A stretch of DNA of 47,176 nucleotides from a virus (lineage: Duplodnaviria; Caudoviricetes): positions 1 to 47,176 of the IMG/VR virus record IMGVR_UViG_3300021411_000012, one strand, 5' to 3'. Made by a program: the position numbers and the translations under genes. This document shows positions 16,530-25,378 of this stretch, in pieces (the first letter of the stretch is position 1; each line of letters begins with the position of its first letter). The notes below the pieces were generated by a model. That model was not told where the DNA came from, did not search any database, and worked only from the letters and a program-made list of their open reading frames with translations.

Positions 16530-17425
16530 CAGACCACCGCGGCTGCGATCTCCGCGAGTACCGCCCGAGTGCCCGACGTCCCTTTCCCGGCGTTCAGAAT
16601 CGCGGCGCGTACCCGGGCCCGGGCAGGCTCCGGGTCAGGCTGGTCCGGGCCCGCCTGGATACGGCCCAGCCATTCGTTCGACCGGGAGAACGGGCCCGGG
16701 ACACCCTTCGCCTGATACTCCCCGACCTGCTCGATCGTGAGCCCTTCGACCACCCAGCCGTCAACCAAAGCGATCGCGGTTTCGGTCTGGACAAGGCAAG
16801 CCATCGGGAACTCCTTCTTCTGCTCGCTCGGTTCACCGAACGGCTTGAGGATCACGTTCCAGTCGGTGCCACCCACCGGCGATTCACCGACGATCTGCAA
16901 CACGTCGATGCCGTGCTTCGCCCACAACTCGGTATTGCGTTCCACATGGTCGGGTTGCCCGGTCGGAGTCGACCCCGGGATCCAGGTCTCCACCCCCCAC
17001 CAGCGGGTCAACTTCGGGCTTGCTGCCTGCCCTGCCTTCAACGCGGCGAGAGGCCCGTAGCCCCCGAAGTCGGGACGCATGATCGACTCACCGAACCCGC
17101 GGGCGTACTGCCCGATCTGAATCTCGAACCCCGACACGTTCGACGTATCCCCGAGACACACCCACAACGGCTCACCACCCACCGCGTACCGTTCAGCCTG
17201 TGGCCCGTCGAACAGGCCGGCCTGATAGCCGTCGAACGCGCGGGTCGTGGTCGTCTCCCAGATCCAATGGACCCGGATCCCCGCCGCCCGCACACCATTC
17301 AGGTAACCGTCGAAGTGTGGGTCACGGGCCCGTTGCAAGCAATAGACGAACACGTCGGACACTCCGGCCCGGACCATCTCGGCTGGATCCGGGCGGCCGT
17401 CCGAGAAGTCCAGCGCAATCGGCAT
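16529..17425 (-). CDS. Endolysin, GH25-like/DUF1906 TIM-barrel glycoside hydrolase
   Basis: ALDFSDGRP..IWETT..A..GY.AG..D, Y.RG and GGYG motifs; follows the holin. Confidence 0.7.
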   Translation of the reverse strand: MPIALDFSDGRPDPAEMVRAGVSDVFVYCLQRARDPHFDGYLNGVRAAGIRVHWIWETTTTRAFDGYQAGLFDGPQAERYAVGGEPLWVCLGDTSNVSGFEIQIGQYARGFGESIMRPDFGGYGPLAALKAGQAASPKLTRWWGVETWIPGSTPTGQPDHVERNTELWAKHGIDVLQIVGESPVGGTDWNVILKPFGEPSEQKKEFPMACLVQTETAIALVDGWVVEGLTIEQVGEYQAKGVPGPFSRSNEWLGRIQAGPDQPDPEPARARVRAAILNAGKGTSGTRAVLAEIAAAVV

Positions 17426-17428
17426 CGC

Positions 17429-17611
17429 TCAGGCAGGCTTGTTAGCGAAACTGAACACGCCGACCGCGGTCGCGAGCGCGGTCCCGAGACCCAACCATTC
17501 CGCACCCGTCACCCCACTCGGGGCTGACGCAACAACAACACCACCCCAGCCGAGCAGGCCAATCACCACCGCGCTGACAGTCTTACGGTACGGGGCGAGC
17601 TTCGCGAACAT
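17429..17611 (-). CDS. Holin
   Basis: Two transmembrane helices; YRKTVSA...VT.AEW...A.GVF..NKP. Confidence 0.75.
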   Translation of the reverse strand: MFAKLAPYRKTVSAVVIGLLGWGGVVVASAPSGVTGAEWLGLGTALATAVGVFSFANKPA

Positions 17612-17620
17612 GGGATCTCC

Positions 17621-18154
17621 TCAGATTCCATGCCAGAGGCACCATGCCTCGGGCGAATAGTTACCGGATGCGAGAACGTTCAGCGTCGTCGAATCCTGAA
17701 ACGCTTGGAGTGAGAACCAGTCCGCAACCGCCATCGCATAGAACGCTGGCACCATCGCCCGTGCTGCGATCGACGCTGACCGGGGACCGCCGAACTGCTG
17801 GCCGACAACCGTCGAGTCGTTCACCCGGATACGACCCTCACGGGTGGTACCACCCGAGTTCGCTGCCCATTCGAGATGGCCGCCCGCCAGAAACTTCCCG
17901 GCCGAACTCGCCGGGACCGTCATCCGGGCCGTCTGACTGACCGTCGAATGGATCGACGCGTTGTCGAACCGTTCGGTATCCATCGTCATGTCAGTCCAGG
18001 TGTTGGCACCCGTCGAGATGTTCGCCGACGAGTAGCCCCGGAACATCGGCTTGTCGGTCGACAACCATTTCAAATTGTCACGGATATACGTGTTGAACAT
18101 CGCTCCGTCAGGAATTTCGCCACTCACCCAGGTGCGGTCCGCTGTATAGGCCAT
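17621..18154 (-). CDS. Minor tail/receptor-binding protein (C1q/TNF-like C-terminus), paralog B
   Basis: RTWVSGE...FNTYIRDNL.. N-terminus; DTERFDNASIHS..RMT.P..GKF. Confidence 0.7.
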   Translation of the reverse strand: MAYTADRTWVSGEIPDGAMFNTYIRDNLKWLSTDKPMFRGYSSANISTGANTWTDMTMDTERFDNASIHSTVSQTARMTVPASSAGKFLAGGHLEWAANSGGTTREGRIRVNDSTVVGQQFGGPRSASIAARAMVPAFYAMAVADWFSLQAFQDSTTLNVLASGNYSPEAWCLWHGI

Positions 18155-18660
18155 CAGATCCCCACCCACATCGCCCACGAGTAGTGCTGCCCACCGAAAG
18201 GCGAGGTCGCCCCACTGTTAAGGTTGCTGGCCGTCGCGTTGTCTTGGAACTGTGAACCGAAGTAGTCGGCTGCCGCCATCGAGTAGCACGTCAACACGGA
18301 GACATGCCCGTCGAGTGCTGCACCACCCGAGTCGTCGGTGATCGGGCCACCTTCGTTCGCAGCGATGACGGTCGCCCCATTCAACAGGGTTTGCAGGCTG
18401 CGCCGTGTACCTGCCGTGCCCGATCCGCTGTCCCACCGGGACCATGAGATCGTGCAGCCATACAGGAACTTGCCTGCCGCCTGCGCGATCACTCGCTCCG
18501 TAGCCGAGGCAATCGAATGCATCGCCGCGTTGTCGAACGACTCAGCCCCGAAAACAATGTCATTCCACGCGGAGTGCGTGAAGTTCAGGTTGTCGCCCCC
18601 AGCGAACGTGACCCGACACATCGGCTTGTCCGTCGACAACCATTTCAAATTGTCACGGAT
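18043..18660. repeat. 43-bp direct repeat with one mismatch, at 18043-18085 and 18618-18660
   Basis: acatcggcttgtc(g/c)gtcgacaaccatttcaaattgtcacggat. Confidence 0.85.
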
Positions 18661-18726
18661 GACGTTAAACATCGCGTTGGTCGGATGCTCGCCGCTCACC
18701 CAGGTCCGGTCGGTTTGATAGGCCAT
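18154..18726 (-). CDS. Minor tail/receptor-binding protein, paralog A
   Basis: Near-identical N-terminus to 17621..18154 with a divergent C-terminus. Confidence 0.7.
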   Translation of the reverse strand: MAYQTDRTWVSGEHPTNAMFNVIRDNLKWLSTDKPMCRVTFAGGDNLNFTHSAWNDIVFGAESFDNAAMHSIASATERVIAQAAGKFLYGCTISWSRWDSGSGTAGTRRSLQTLLNGATVIAANEGGPITDDSGGAALDGHVSVLTCYSMAAADYFGSQFQDNATASNLNSGATSPFGGQHYSWAMWVGI

Positions 18727-19361
18727 CACCGGACCTTCGCCGCGACCGCCTCCAACACCGCCACCTGATCAGCCAACTCGACCGGCACATCCAGACCCGC
18801 AGCGACGAGCATCCCGTGACGTTCGACCGGCTCACTCCCAAGCATCAGGATGTTCTCCCGGATCAGGAAATCCCGGTCCTCACCCTTACGGGGATCCCAG
18901 TTCCGATGTTTCGCTTCGCGCACTGCGAGCATCCGCACGATCTCGGACCGTTCCGCCGGTGGCTGCCAGTTCACCTCGAACAGCCAACCGCACGTCAGGC
19001 AACACGCGGACGGGTTCTGATCCCAGCACGCCATCCCACCATTGCAGTTCAGACAGTCCGCCACCCACCGCGACTCGTTGATGTACGGCACGACCGACAC
19101 GAGTTCTGGGGCGCGGCCTGCGGTCCCGATGATCGGCTTCGGTGGCCGTTGCCGCGCAAGGTACTCCTCCCAGTACACGTGCACCTCTGCTGCCGATTCG
19201 GCGGTGAGATGATGGATCTCACGTTGGTCGCTGATGACTTTCGGGTAGGCGTCGTCACGCGACTGTTCCGGCACGACCGGCCCGCCGACGGGGATCACCA
19301 TTCGCGTCACGCCACCCAGGTCGATCAGGAGCGCGCCATCAGCACGGGTTTCTACTCTCAC
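18726..19361 (-). CDS. Zn-binding minor tail-associated protein
   Basis: YINESRWVADC..C...CLTC...RNWDP..E...L.REN motif. Confidence 0.6.
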   Translation of the reverse strand: MRVETRADGALLIDLGGVTRMVIPVGGPVVPEQSRDDAYPKVISDQREIHHLTAESAAEVHVYWEEYLARQRPPKPIIGTAGRAPELVSVVPYINESRWVADCLNCNGGMACWDQNPSACCLTCGWLFEVNWQPPAERSEIVRMLAVREAKHRNWDPRKGEDRDFLIRENILMLGSEPVERHGMLVAAGLDVPVELADQVAVLEAVAAKVR

Positions 19362-19370
19362 CGTGCCTCC

Positions 19371-21350
19371 TCAGAACCCGAGCGCAGTGGTGACACCCAA
19401 CACCCCGGCCACCGAATCGCCGAGCGTCCAGAAGTCATTGATGTACGCCTGGGTCCCCTCGAACGTTGTGATCCACCAGTCTGGGGTGATGTCATGGGAG
19501 ATCGCGTCGATCGTGCAGTCCTGTGAGATCGCAGTCCCGATGCTTTGCGGACGACGCTTGAACGTCCCGACGTTGCCGATCTCGCGGCCCAACACCTGCG
19601 GATAACAGAGCGCCGGGTTCGCGTCCGCGGTGATCGTCATCGTCACCCGGATCACCGGGTCCTTCCGGCGCGATAGGACCACTCGAGCGAACCCGGCGGT
19701 CTGGTCGTCGTCCTGGTACAGCAGACCCGAAGCCGAATACGAACGGGGGTAGTAGGTACCTTGAGAGTCGGTGTCGGAGATCACGAACTCGGTACCATTG
19801 TCCCGTTGCGCGAGGATCGAGTTCGTGAGGAGCGCTTCGTCATAGTCGATCAGCATTGCCGTGTACGGCACTTCGCCCACACCATCACCGAACGTCGCTT
19901 GCGATACCGCACCAGACGCGTCGTACCTACCATCGAGAGCGACGCGGCCTTGCCGGTCGATGAACAGCCGGCCCAGCTCGGTAAGCATGATCCGGGCGAA
20001 CTCCTCGTAGATCGAGTTCGCCCCGAAGTTCGCGGCTTGCAGTGTCACGGCACCGGTCGAGATGTCCCGTTCGCTATCCGGCCACTCCATCACATCCAAG
20101 ATGTGCACGACTCGTTCCCCCGCAAGGTCACCGTTCCACGGGTTCGAACCCGCCTCGTAATGGGTGAGCAGTTCCTCTTTAGCGGCAATGAAGTTGGAGA
20201 AGTCGCTGATCGATGTGAACGGCCAACGGACCGGGGTCACATAAATAGTGGCTTCGTCGAGCGTCCCATCGAAGAAGGTCGACGTCCCCCCACGACTCCC
20301 GACAAACCAGGAGTTCGGCGCCCCACGACTTGACGGGCTGCCCCAGCTGTACGTGAACGCGCCGCTCGGCACATAGATACGGACCCCATCGACGTTGAAC
20401 TCGAGCACCGCCGTGCCGGCCGCATCACCCGGATAAACGGCGGCTGACGCGTGATGCGGATTCCCGTCGTTGAACACCGCGGTTGTCGTGACAGTGAGCA
20501 CCAGATCGTACGGCGGGAAGTACAGCGAAAAGACGATGAGCCCAGCCGAGGTGATCCCGAGCTCGAACTGCGGGTACCCGTGCGATTCTGTGTTCAACAG
20601 GAACGTGCCCGCCGTGCCAGCAGTCGTCTTGAACCAGCACTCGCCGATCAGCAGACCGGTCCCGATCACATACTGTGGGATCGAAGTCACTGCCGCGTAT
20701 TCGCTGCTCGCCGCGGTGAACGTTACTGCCTTGTTCGCGTCCGACTCGATCAGCCCCGCGACTCCCAACGTCGGGGTGTTGTAATAGGTGCCGTCGTATC
20801 CGTTCGGTCCCGAGTCGATCATGACCGTCGTGTTTTCTTCCGACATCCGATACCAGGCTGTCGGGTCCAGCCGTTCGATCGTCGCGGAATACGGCGACTT
20901 CGGGGCTTGCATCGCGAAGATCTTGAACGCATCCACCAACGACACTTCCGCAGTGGAATGCCCACCGAGCGTGTACTGCTGCTGCCAGGCTTCCGTGTAC
21001 CCGACGAACATCGGGTAAGTCGCGTTCGAGTATTGGCCTCGGATACGGAAGAGGCGCATCGGGAGCAGGTTCCCGTAGTACGCCCCAGCCGTGTACAGCG
21101 GGTCGAACAGGCGGGAATCGTTGTTCAGCGTGATGACCGCGGTGCCTGCCTCGAACCGGTCGAGGTCGTTGTTACGGCCCCGACGAATCTCGATGCGATG
21201 CACATAGGTCGTGATGTCCACCCATACGGGGGGGTCAGTCGGTCCGGTAGTCGGCGACCATTCGACCGCGACGCGACCGGCGAGGTTCCCAAGGCGATGC
21301 GGAAATGTGTTCGACGTCGGAGTCGGCGGCGGGAGGGTAAGGAGCGGCAT
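19371..21350 (-). CDS. Minor tail protein with an inserted LamG-like domain
   Basis: WVDIT.YV..I.IRRGR..LDRFEAGTA.ITL.N...FDP N-terminus; internal AWYRMSE..DSG.NG..GTY and FDGTLDE. Confidence 0.8.
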   Translation of the reverse strand: MPLLTLPPPTPTSNTFPHRLGNLAGRVAVEWSPTTGPTDPPVWVDITTYVHRIEIRRGRNNDLDRFEAGTAVITLNNDSRLFDPLYTAGAYYGNLLPMRLFRIRGQYSNATYPMFVGYTEAWQQQYTLGGHSTAEVSLVDAFKIFAMQAPKSPYSATIERLDPTAWYRMSEENTTVMIDSGPNGYDGTYYNTPTLGVAGLIESDANKAVTFTAASSEYAAVTSIPQYVIGTGLLIGECWFKTTAGTAGTFLLNTESHGYPQFELGITSAGLIVFSLYFPPYDLVLTVTTTAVFNDGNPHHASAAVYPGDAAGTAVLEFNVDGVRIYVPSGAFTYSWGSPSSRGAPNSWFVGSRGGTSTFFDGTLDEATIYVTPVRWPFTSISDFSNFIAAKEELLTHYEAGSNPWNGDLAGERVVHILDVMEWPDSERDISTGAVTLQAANFGANSIYEEFARIMLTELGRLFIDRQGRVALDGRYDASGAVSQATFGDGVGEVPYTAMLIDYDEALLTNSILAQRDNGTEFVISDTDSQGTYYPRSYSASGLLYQDDDQTAGFARVVLSRRKDPVIRVTMTITADANPALCYPQVLGREIGNVGTFKRRPQSIGTAISQDCTIDAISHDITPDWWITTFEGTQAYINDFWTLGDSVAGVLGVTTALGF

Positions 21351-22019
21351 TCAATCGAGCACACAATTGAGTATGACGATGATGTCCTGGGTGCTCGTAT
21401 AGGTCGGGGTTCCACGAACGACGAGCTGCATGTACAGGGTTGTGGCCGCACAGATGTACGGGATTTCCATTTTCGGTCCGACATAGTTCGCGGCCATGGT
21501 GTCGGGCAGATACGCCACCGAGTTCAGCGGCGTCCCGGGCCATGCCGTGTTGTAGCTACCAACCAACACACACACCCGGGCGGCGCTGTTCGCCTGGTCC
21601 GCATCGGAGAACGCCACCGGATTGTTGTCGCCCGCGCTGGTTACCGCATCCTTGAAAAAGAGGATGTCGATGGCGGCGCGCTGCGCTTGCGTCTTGTCGA
21701 TAATCGTGACCGACTGGATCACTCCGCCGTAACCGGTTGAACGGGCAGCGTTCGCGATCGTGTTGAGACCGCCGAGGCAGTCGCCCGTCGCGTAGGCCGC
21801 ACCGTTTGAGATGGTCGGGGTGATCGTGAACGCCTGCCGGTACACGCGATGGTCGACGTAGCCGATCCCATCAGTACCGACCGCTCGGCCCGCCCAGTCC
21901 GCGGTTGCGGTCCCATCCGGGCCGAGCGTCTGCTTCGTCCGCTGGTAATGCTGGGAGGAGATCAGATCGGTGGCGACGGTCGTGCCGACACCTTCCGTGA
22001 TCGCGACACCATCAGGCAT
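21351..22019 (-). CDS. Virion structural protein after the tape measure gene
   Basis: Position, beta-rich sequence and similarity to 13638..14114. Confidence 0.6.
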   Translation of the reverse strand: MPDGVAITEGVGTTVATDLISSQHYQRTKQTLGPDGTATADWAGRAVGTDGIGYVDHRVYRQAFTITPTISNGAAYATGDCLGGLNTIANAARSTGYGGVIQSVTIIDKTQAQRAAIDILFFKDAVTSAGDNNPVAFSDADQANSAARVCVLVGSYNTAWPGTPLNSVAYLPDTMAANYVGPKMEIPYICAATTLYMQLVVRGTPTYTSTQDIIVILNCVLD

Positions 22020-22028
22020 TCGACGCTC

Positions 22029-23882
22029 CTATGCGTATGCGCCGAGCGCGCTGTTGTTCCGTTTCCCGGTCTTCACGAGATCGCGGCGTACGACTTCGGA
22101 GATCACCCGGCCATCGAGCACGAGTTGGATGATCGTGGCGCCCCCACCCGTCGCGCCGCCACCCGCACCGTGCGGAACGATCGTTCCGCTCGAGGACGGG
22201 ACGAACATCTCCGGGCCGTTCTCACCCACGATGTACGGCTGCCAAGCTGACACCGGGCCCCCCGCCGCACGGCCCGGCAACTTGTCGTAGAACTGGTAGG
22301 ACGCTGGATCGTTCGGAGAGAGGTACTGAGCAGCTTCGAGTTCAGCGAGCTTCGCTTGCAGCGCCTTCAGCTTGCCCATCGCCGTACTCGTATCGACGTC
22401 CATCGTCGCCGTGTACGTACCCGTCGTCTTCTTCAGATCATCGATGTACTGCAACAGAAACACGCGTAGCGGGTTATCGGGGGCGAGGCTGTCGGCCATG
22501 TTCGCCAGCCAGGAGATCTGCTGCTCCGTCGCGAGACTCATCGCTTTCGCCGCACCGAGTCCGGTGTTCTCCTCTGCAACCTTGTCTCGAATCGCTTGGG
22601 ATGTCGCGACGATCCCTTCTTTGTACGCGAGTTCCGCGCGGCGGATCTCCTCGAAGTTGTCTTTGCCCTTCGCGCGTTCGTCGTTCAACTTCCATTCGGC
22701 TTCTTGCATCGAGTAGGTCGCGGCCTCGACGCCGAGCTGCCCAGCCAGGTGAGCATCGAGCGCCTTCTGTGAATCACGGATTGCCTTCTCGTGCTTCTCG
22801 AACTCTTTGGTCAGCTTCCGCAACTGGCCTGCTGACATGTCCGACGCGTCACCCTGCTTCTTCTGTGACTCGGCCAGCTTGTCGGTCGCGTCCTTGGTGT
22901 TGCTCAGCAGACCGCCGAGCGGAAGCATCGACAGTCCGGCCTTCTTCAGCCCTTCGCCAAAGTGCCCGTGCAACATGTCGCCGGCACCCTTGAGACCAAG
23001 CGCGAAGTTCCCTGCGGGGCTGGCGTCCAGTGCCTTGTTCGCAATCGCGCCGATACCGCCGAGCGGCTTCGTGATCGAATCGAGGGCATGGGCGGCGTCG
23101 GTGGCTTTCAGTGCTACTTGGGTCAAGACAGGGACGAGCCCCTTGCCGAGTTCCATCGACAGGCCCTGCACCGCGCTCGACAGGCTTTTCATCGCGAGCG
23201 AGAAGTTCTTCCCGTCCTCCAAGTCCTTCTGCGAGAAGACCTTGTGATCCTTCTCTGCGAGATCGAAGATTTCCTTCAGGCCATCGCGGCCCTTCGCGAG
23301 GATCGGGATCATCGCCGTCCAGCCCTTACCGAACGCAGCGGAGGCCAGTTCGGCACGCAACGTCGCGTCGGTCATTCCCATGAACCGGTCCGACAGGTTC
23401 AGTAACGTCTTGTCGAGATCGACGGTGCCGTCCCGGCTTCGGGCGATCTTGATACCGAAACTTTCAGCCTCGAATGATCCGGTTGCGATCCCTTTTGCGA
23501 GGCGACCCATGGCGGTGCTGGCCGACTCGCTCGAGATCCCGACACGTTCGAACGCGAACACCAGCCGGGACGCGCCCTCCGCAGAAGAGAGCGTCACCCG
23601 CTGAAACTCCCGGACATGGGCGGTGGCCTCAACGAACGCCTTCGCGCCCTTGATCGCAAACGTGGCGAGGGCAGTACCAGCAGTGACCGCGCCGGCCGCG
23701 ACACCGAGCGTCAAGGTCTTGCCGAGCGCGTTACCGTCGAGACCCATCTTGTTCATCACGTTCGACAGCTTCGGGAACTTCTCCGACAGCCGATCCGTCT
23801 CGGTCGATGTGTCTTTCAGGCCGGCGATCGCACCCTTCGCGGACGCGTCGATCAACAGTTCAAGGCGCTCGATGAGCGACAT
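22029..23882 (-). CDS. Tape measure protein (617 aa)
   Basis: Ala/Gly-rich helical protein; C-terminal RAAGGPV...YIVGENGPEMFVP..SGTIVP. Confidence 0.88.
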   Translation of the reverse strand: MSLIERLELLIDASAKGAIAGLKDTSTETDRLSEKFPKLSNVMNKMGLDGNALGKTLTLGVAAGAVTAGTALATFAIKGAKAFVEATAHVREFQRVTLSSAEGASRLVFAFERVGISSESASTAMGRLAKGIATGSFEAESFGIKIARSRDGTVDLDKTLLNLSDRFMGMTDATLRAELASAAFGKGWTAMIPILAKGRDGLKEIFDLAEKDHKVFSQKDLEDGKNFSLAMKSLSSAVQGLSMELGKGLVPVLTQVALKATDAAHALDSITKPLGGIGAIANKALDASPAGNFALGLKGAGDMLHGHFGEGLKKAGLSMLPLGGLLSNTKDATDKLAESQKKQGDASDMSAGQLRKLTKEFEKHEKAIRDSQKALDAHLAGQLGVEAATYSMQEAEWKLNDERAKGKDNFEEIRRAELAYKEGIVATSQAIRDKVAEENTGLGAAKAMSLATEQQISWLANMADSLAPDNPLRVFLLQYIDDLKKTTGTYTATMDVDTSTAMGKLKALQAKLAELEAAQYLSPNDPASYQFYDKLPGRAAGGPVSAWQPYIVGENGPEMFVPSSSGTIVPHGAGGGATGGGATIIQLVLDGRVISEVVRRDLVKTGKRNNSALGAYA

Positions 23883-24046
23883 CAGCTCTCCCTCGCGACC
23901 CGCTGGCGCATCAGACGGTCGTGGTGTTGCATCACGAGCAAGTCACGAAACTCGAAACCCCAGCGCACCTGATCACCCGTGAAGTTGTGAGGCGGGGAGC
24001 AGTAGACGGCTATCCAGCCGTCGAGCTCCCACCGGTAGGGTTTTCC
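23882..24046 (-). CDS. Tail assembly chaperone -1 frameshift extension (gpGT-like)
   Basis: After slippery GGAAAAC (24040-24046) the -1 frame reads KPYRWELDGWIAVYCSPPHNFT...RES* and its stop overlaps the tape measure ATG. Confidence 0.7.
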   Translation of the reverse strand, partial: GKPYRWELDGWIAVYCSPPHNFTGDQVRWGFEFRDLLVMQHHDRLMRQRVARES

Positions 24047-24378
24047 TCCGCATCACCTGTGACCGGCGCGGACGGAAGGTCGTCTTCGACCTGGACGAAC
24101 CGTGCGAACAGTTCCTCGGTGTCATCGAAAGGAGTCGGGTCCGTCTTCCCGAGCTTCGCCGCGACCGCCGAGACGGTCGCTTCTGCCGCGTCGAGGAACG
24201 TGAGCGGAAACCGACAGATCGCCACCCAACTGATATCAAACTGCCGTTGAATCTTCGCGATCGCACCCGGTGACAGACTGATGATCGGGACCCGTTCCCC
24301 GTCGATCACGACCGCCCATGGGGTCCCCGAGTTGAGCAGCGCGTTGATCTGGTCGCCGGCATCGGCATCGTCGGGCAT
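24010..24378 (-). CDS. Tail assembly chaperone (gpG-like)
   Basis: GAGGAG RBS and ATG 24378; ends ..EENPTGGSSTAG; directly upstream of the tape measure gene. Confidence 0.75.
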   Translation of the reverse strand: MPDDADAGDQINALLNSGTPWAVVIDGERVPIISLSPGAIAKIQRQFDISWVAICRFPLTFLDAAEATVSAVAAKLGKTDPTPFDDTEELFARFVQVEDDLPSAPVTGDAEENPTGGSSTAG

Positions 24379-24386
24379 CAGGCTCC

Positions 24387-24932
24387 TCAGAAGATCTGGT
24401 GAAGCACCAGGTTCACATTCGACTCGTACAACGGCTTGATCTTCGGGACGGACATCGCGACGCCCCGTTCCCACGGGTGTTTGCCTTTCGTGCCGGGATG
24501 CACGACATGCGCCCGGTACTTGCCGCCGACGAGCTTCAACGGCTTCGCGTCCGTCGCTTTCGCGCTTAACCCACCGAACGCCGGGCCGAACAGTCGGCCC
24601 TTCTTCGCTCGGATCTTCCCGGTCTGCTGGCTGCTCGAGCCTTTCAACTTCGGGATCGGATGCGCTGTCGTGTCCCGTTCGATCAGATGAAACGGACCCG
24701 TCGCGAACACCAACGCCTTCGAGACCCCTTCGTAATGGCCGATGTTGTACCGGACGCCAAGCTTCGCACCCTTCTTCCCGACCCCCCGCAAACGTGCCGG
24801 TGCGAGCGCGAGCACGTTGCGTTTGACGAGCAACGCTGACTGTTCCGTCGCGGTGTGCTCGGCGTCACGCAGCTTCACGGCGGCCTTCGCCAGCTTCTCG
24901 GCCAGTTCGGCCGGCGAATGTGAGACGCCCAT
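24387..24932 (-). CDS. HK97 gp10-like tail completion protein
   Basis: HLIERDT.AH.I...VVHPGTKGKHPW motif. Confidence 0.7.
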   Translation of the reverse strand: MGVSHSPAELAEKLAKAAVKLRDAEHTATEQSALLVKRNVLALAPARLRGVGKKGAKLGVRYNIGHYEGVSKALVFATGPFHLIERDTTAHPIPKLKGSSSQQTGKIRAKKGRLFGPAFGGLSAKATDAKPLKLVGGKYRAHVVHPGTKGKHPWERGVAMSVPKIKPLYESNVNLVLHQIF

Positions 24933-24978
24933 CAGGCGCGTTTGGTCTTCGCGGCGAACTGCTGCGGGGTCTGAGCCA

Positions 24979-25377
24979 CTAGCCCTGCTTCGCCACTGTC
25001 GTCGCCGCCGCAAACGAACCAGTGATCGCAACCGGCCCACCGACATCGCCATCAATACTCATGTCGAAGAACGCGGTCCCGAACCAATACTGGGTCGTCA
25101 ACGTGTTGTCCGGGTACAGGTAGAACTTGCGAGCCACGCCATCCGTCGCCGCCGTATACAGCTGCGCCGTCGCGTTGTCATAAAACCCGCCGTACGTGCC
25201 CTGCGTGTCAGGCAAGCCCTGGACGTAAGCCTTGCCGGTATCCCCGAACGAGGTCACGTCGGAACGATCCGACGTTTGGGCCAGCGTCCATTTGTTCAGG
25301 AACACGATCGGCTCGGCAGTGCCGGCCGACGAGATGCCTGCATAAAGACGCCCGTTGCGTCCCGCGATGCGGCTCAT
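24979..25377 (-). CDS. Major tail protein
   Basis: DVTSFGDTGKAYVQGLPD..GFYD; typical tail-tube fold motif. Confidence 0.8.
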   Translation of the reverse strand: MSRIAGRNGRLYAGISSAGTAEPIVFLNKWTLAQTSDRSDVTSFGDTGKAYVQGLPDTQGTYGGFYDNATAQLYTAATDGVARKFYLYPDNTLTTQYWFGTAFFDMSIDGDVGGPVAITGSFAAATTVAKQG

Positions 25378-25378
25378 A

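Noticed and set aside
10839-18726. Diversity-generating retroelement or invertase shufflon acting on fibre genes
   Set aside because: No reverse transcriptase or serine invertase in the window; the repeats are direct, coding, and show no adenine-specific mismatch pattern.
20451-21740. Long plus-strand ORFs (e.g. 20451..21740, 35944..37098, 41075..41971, 45482..46336)
   Set aside because: Antisense shadows of well-supported minus-strand genes in high-GC DNA; Arg/Val-rich with no recognisable motifs.
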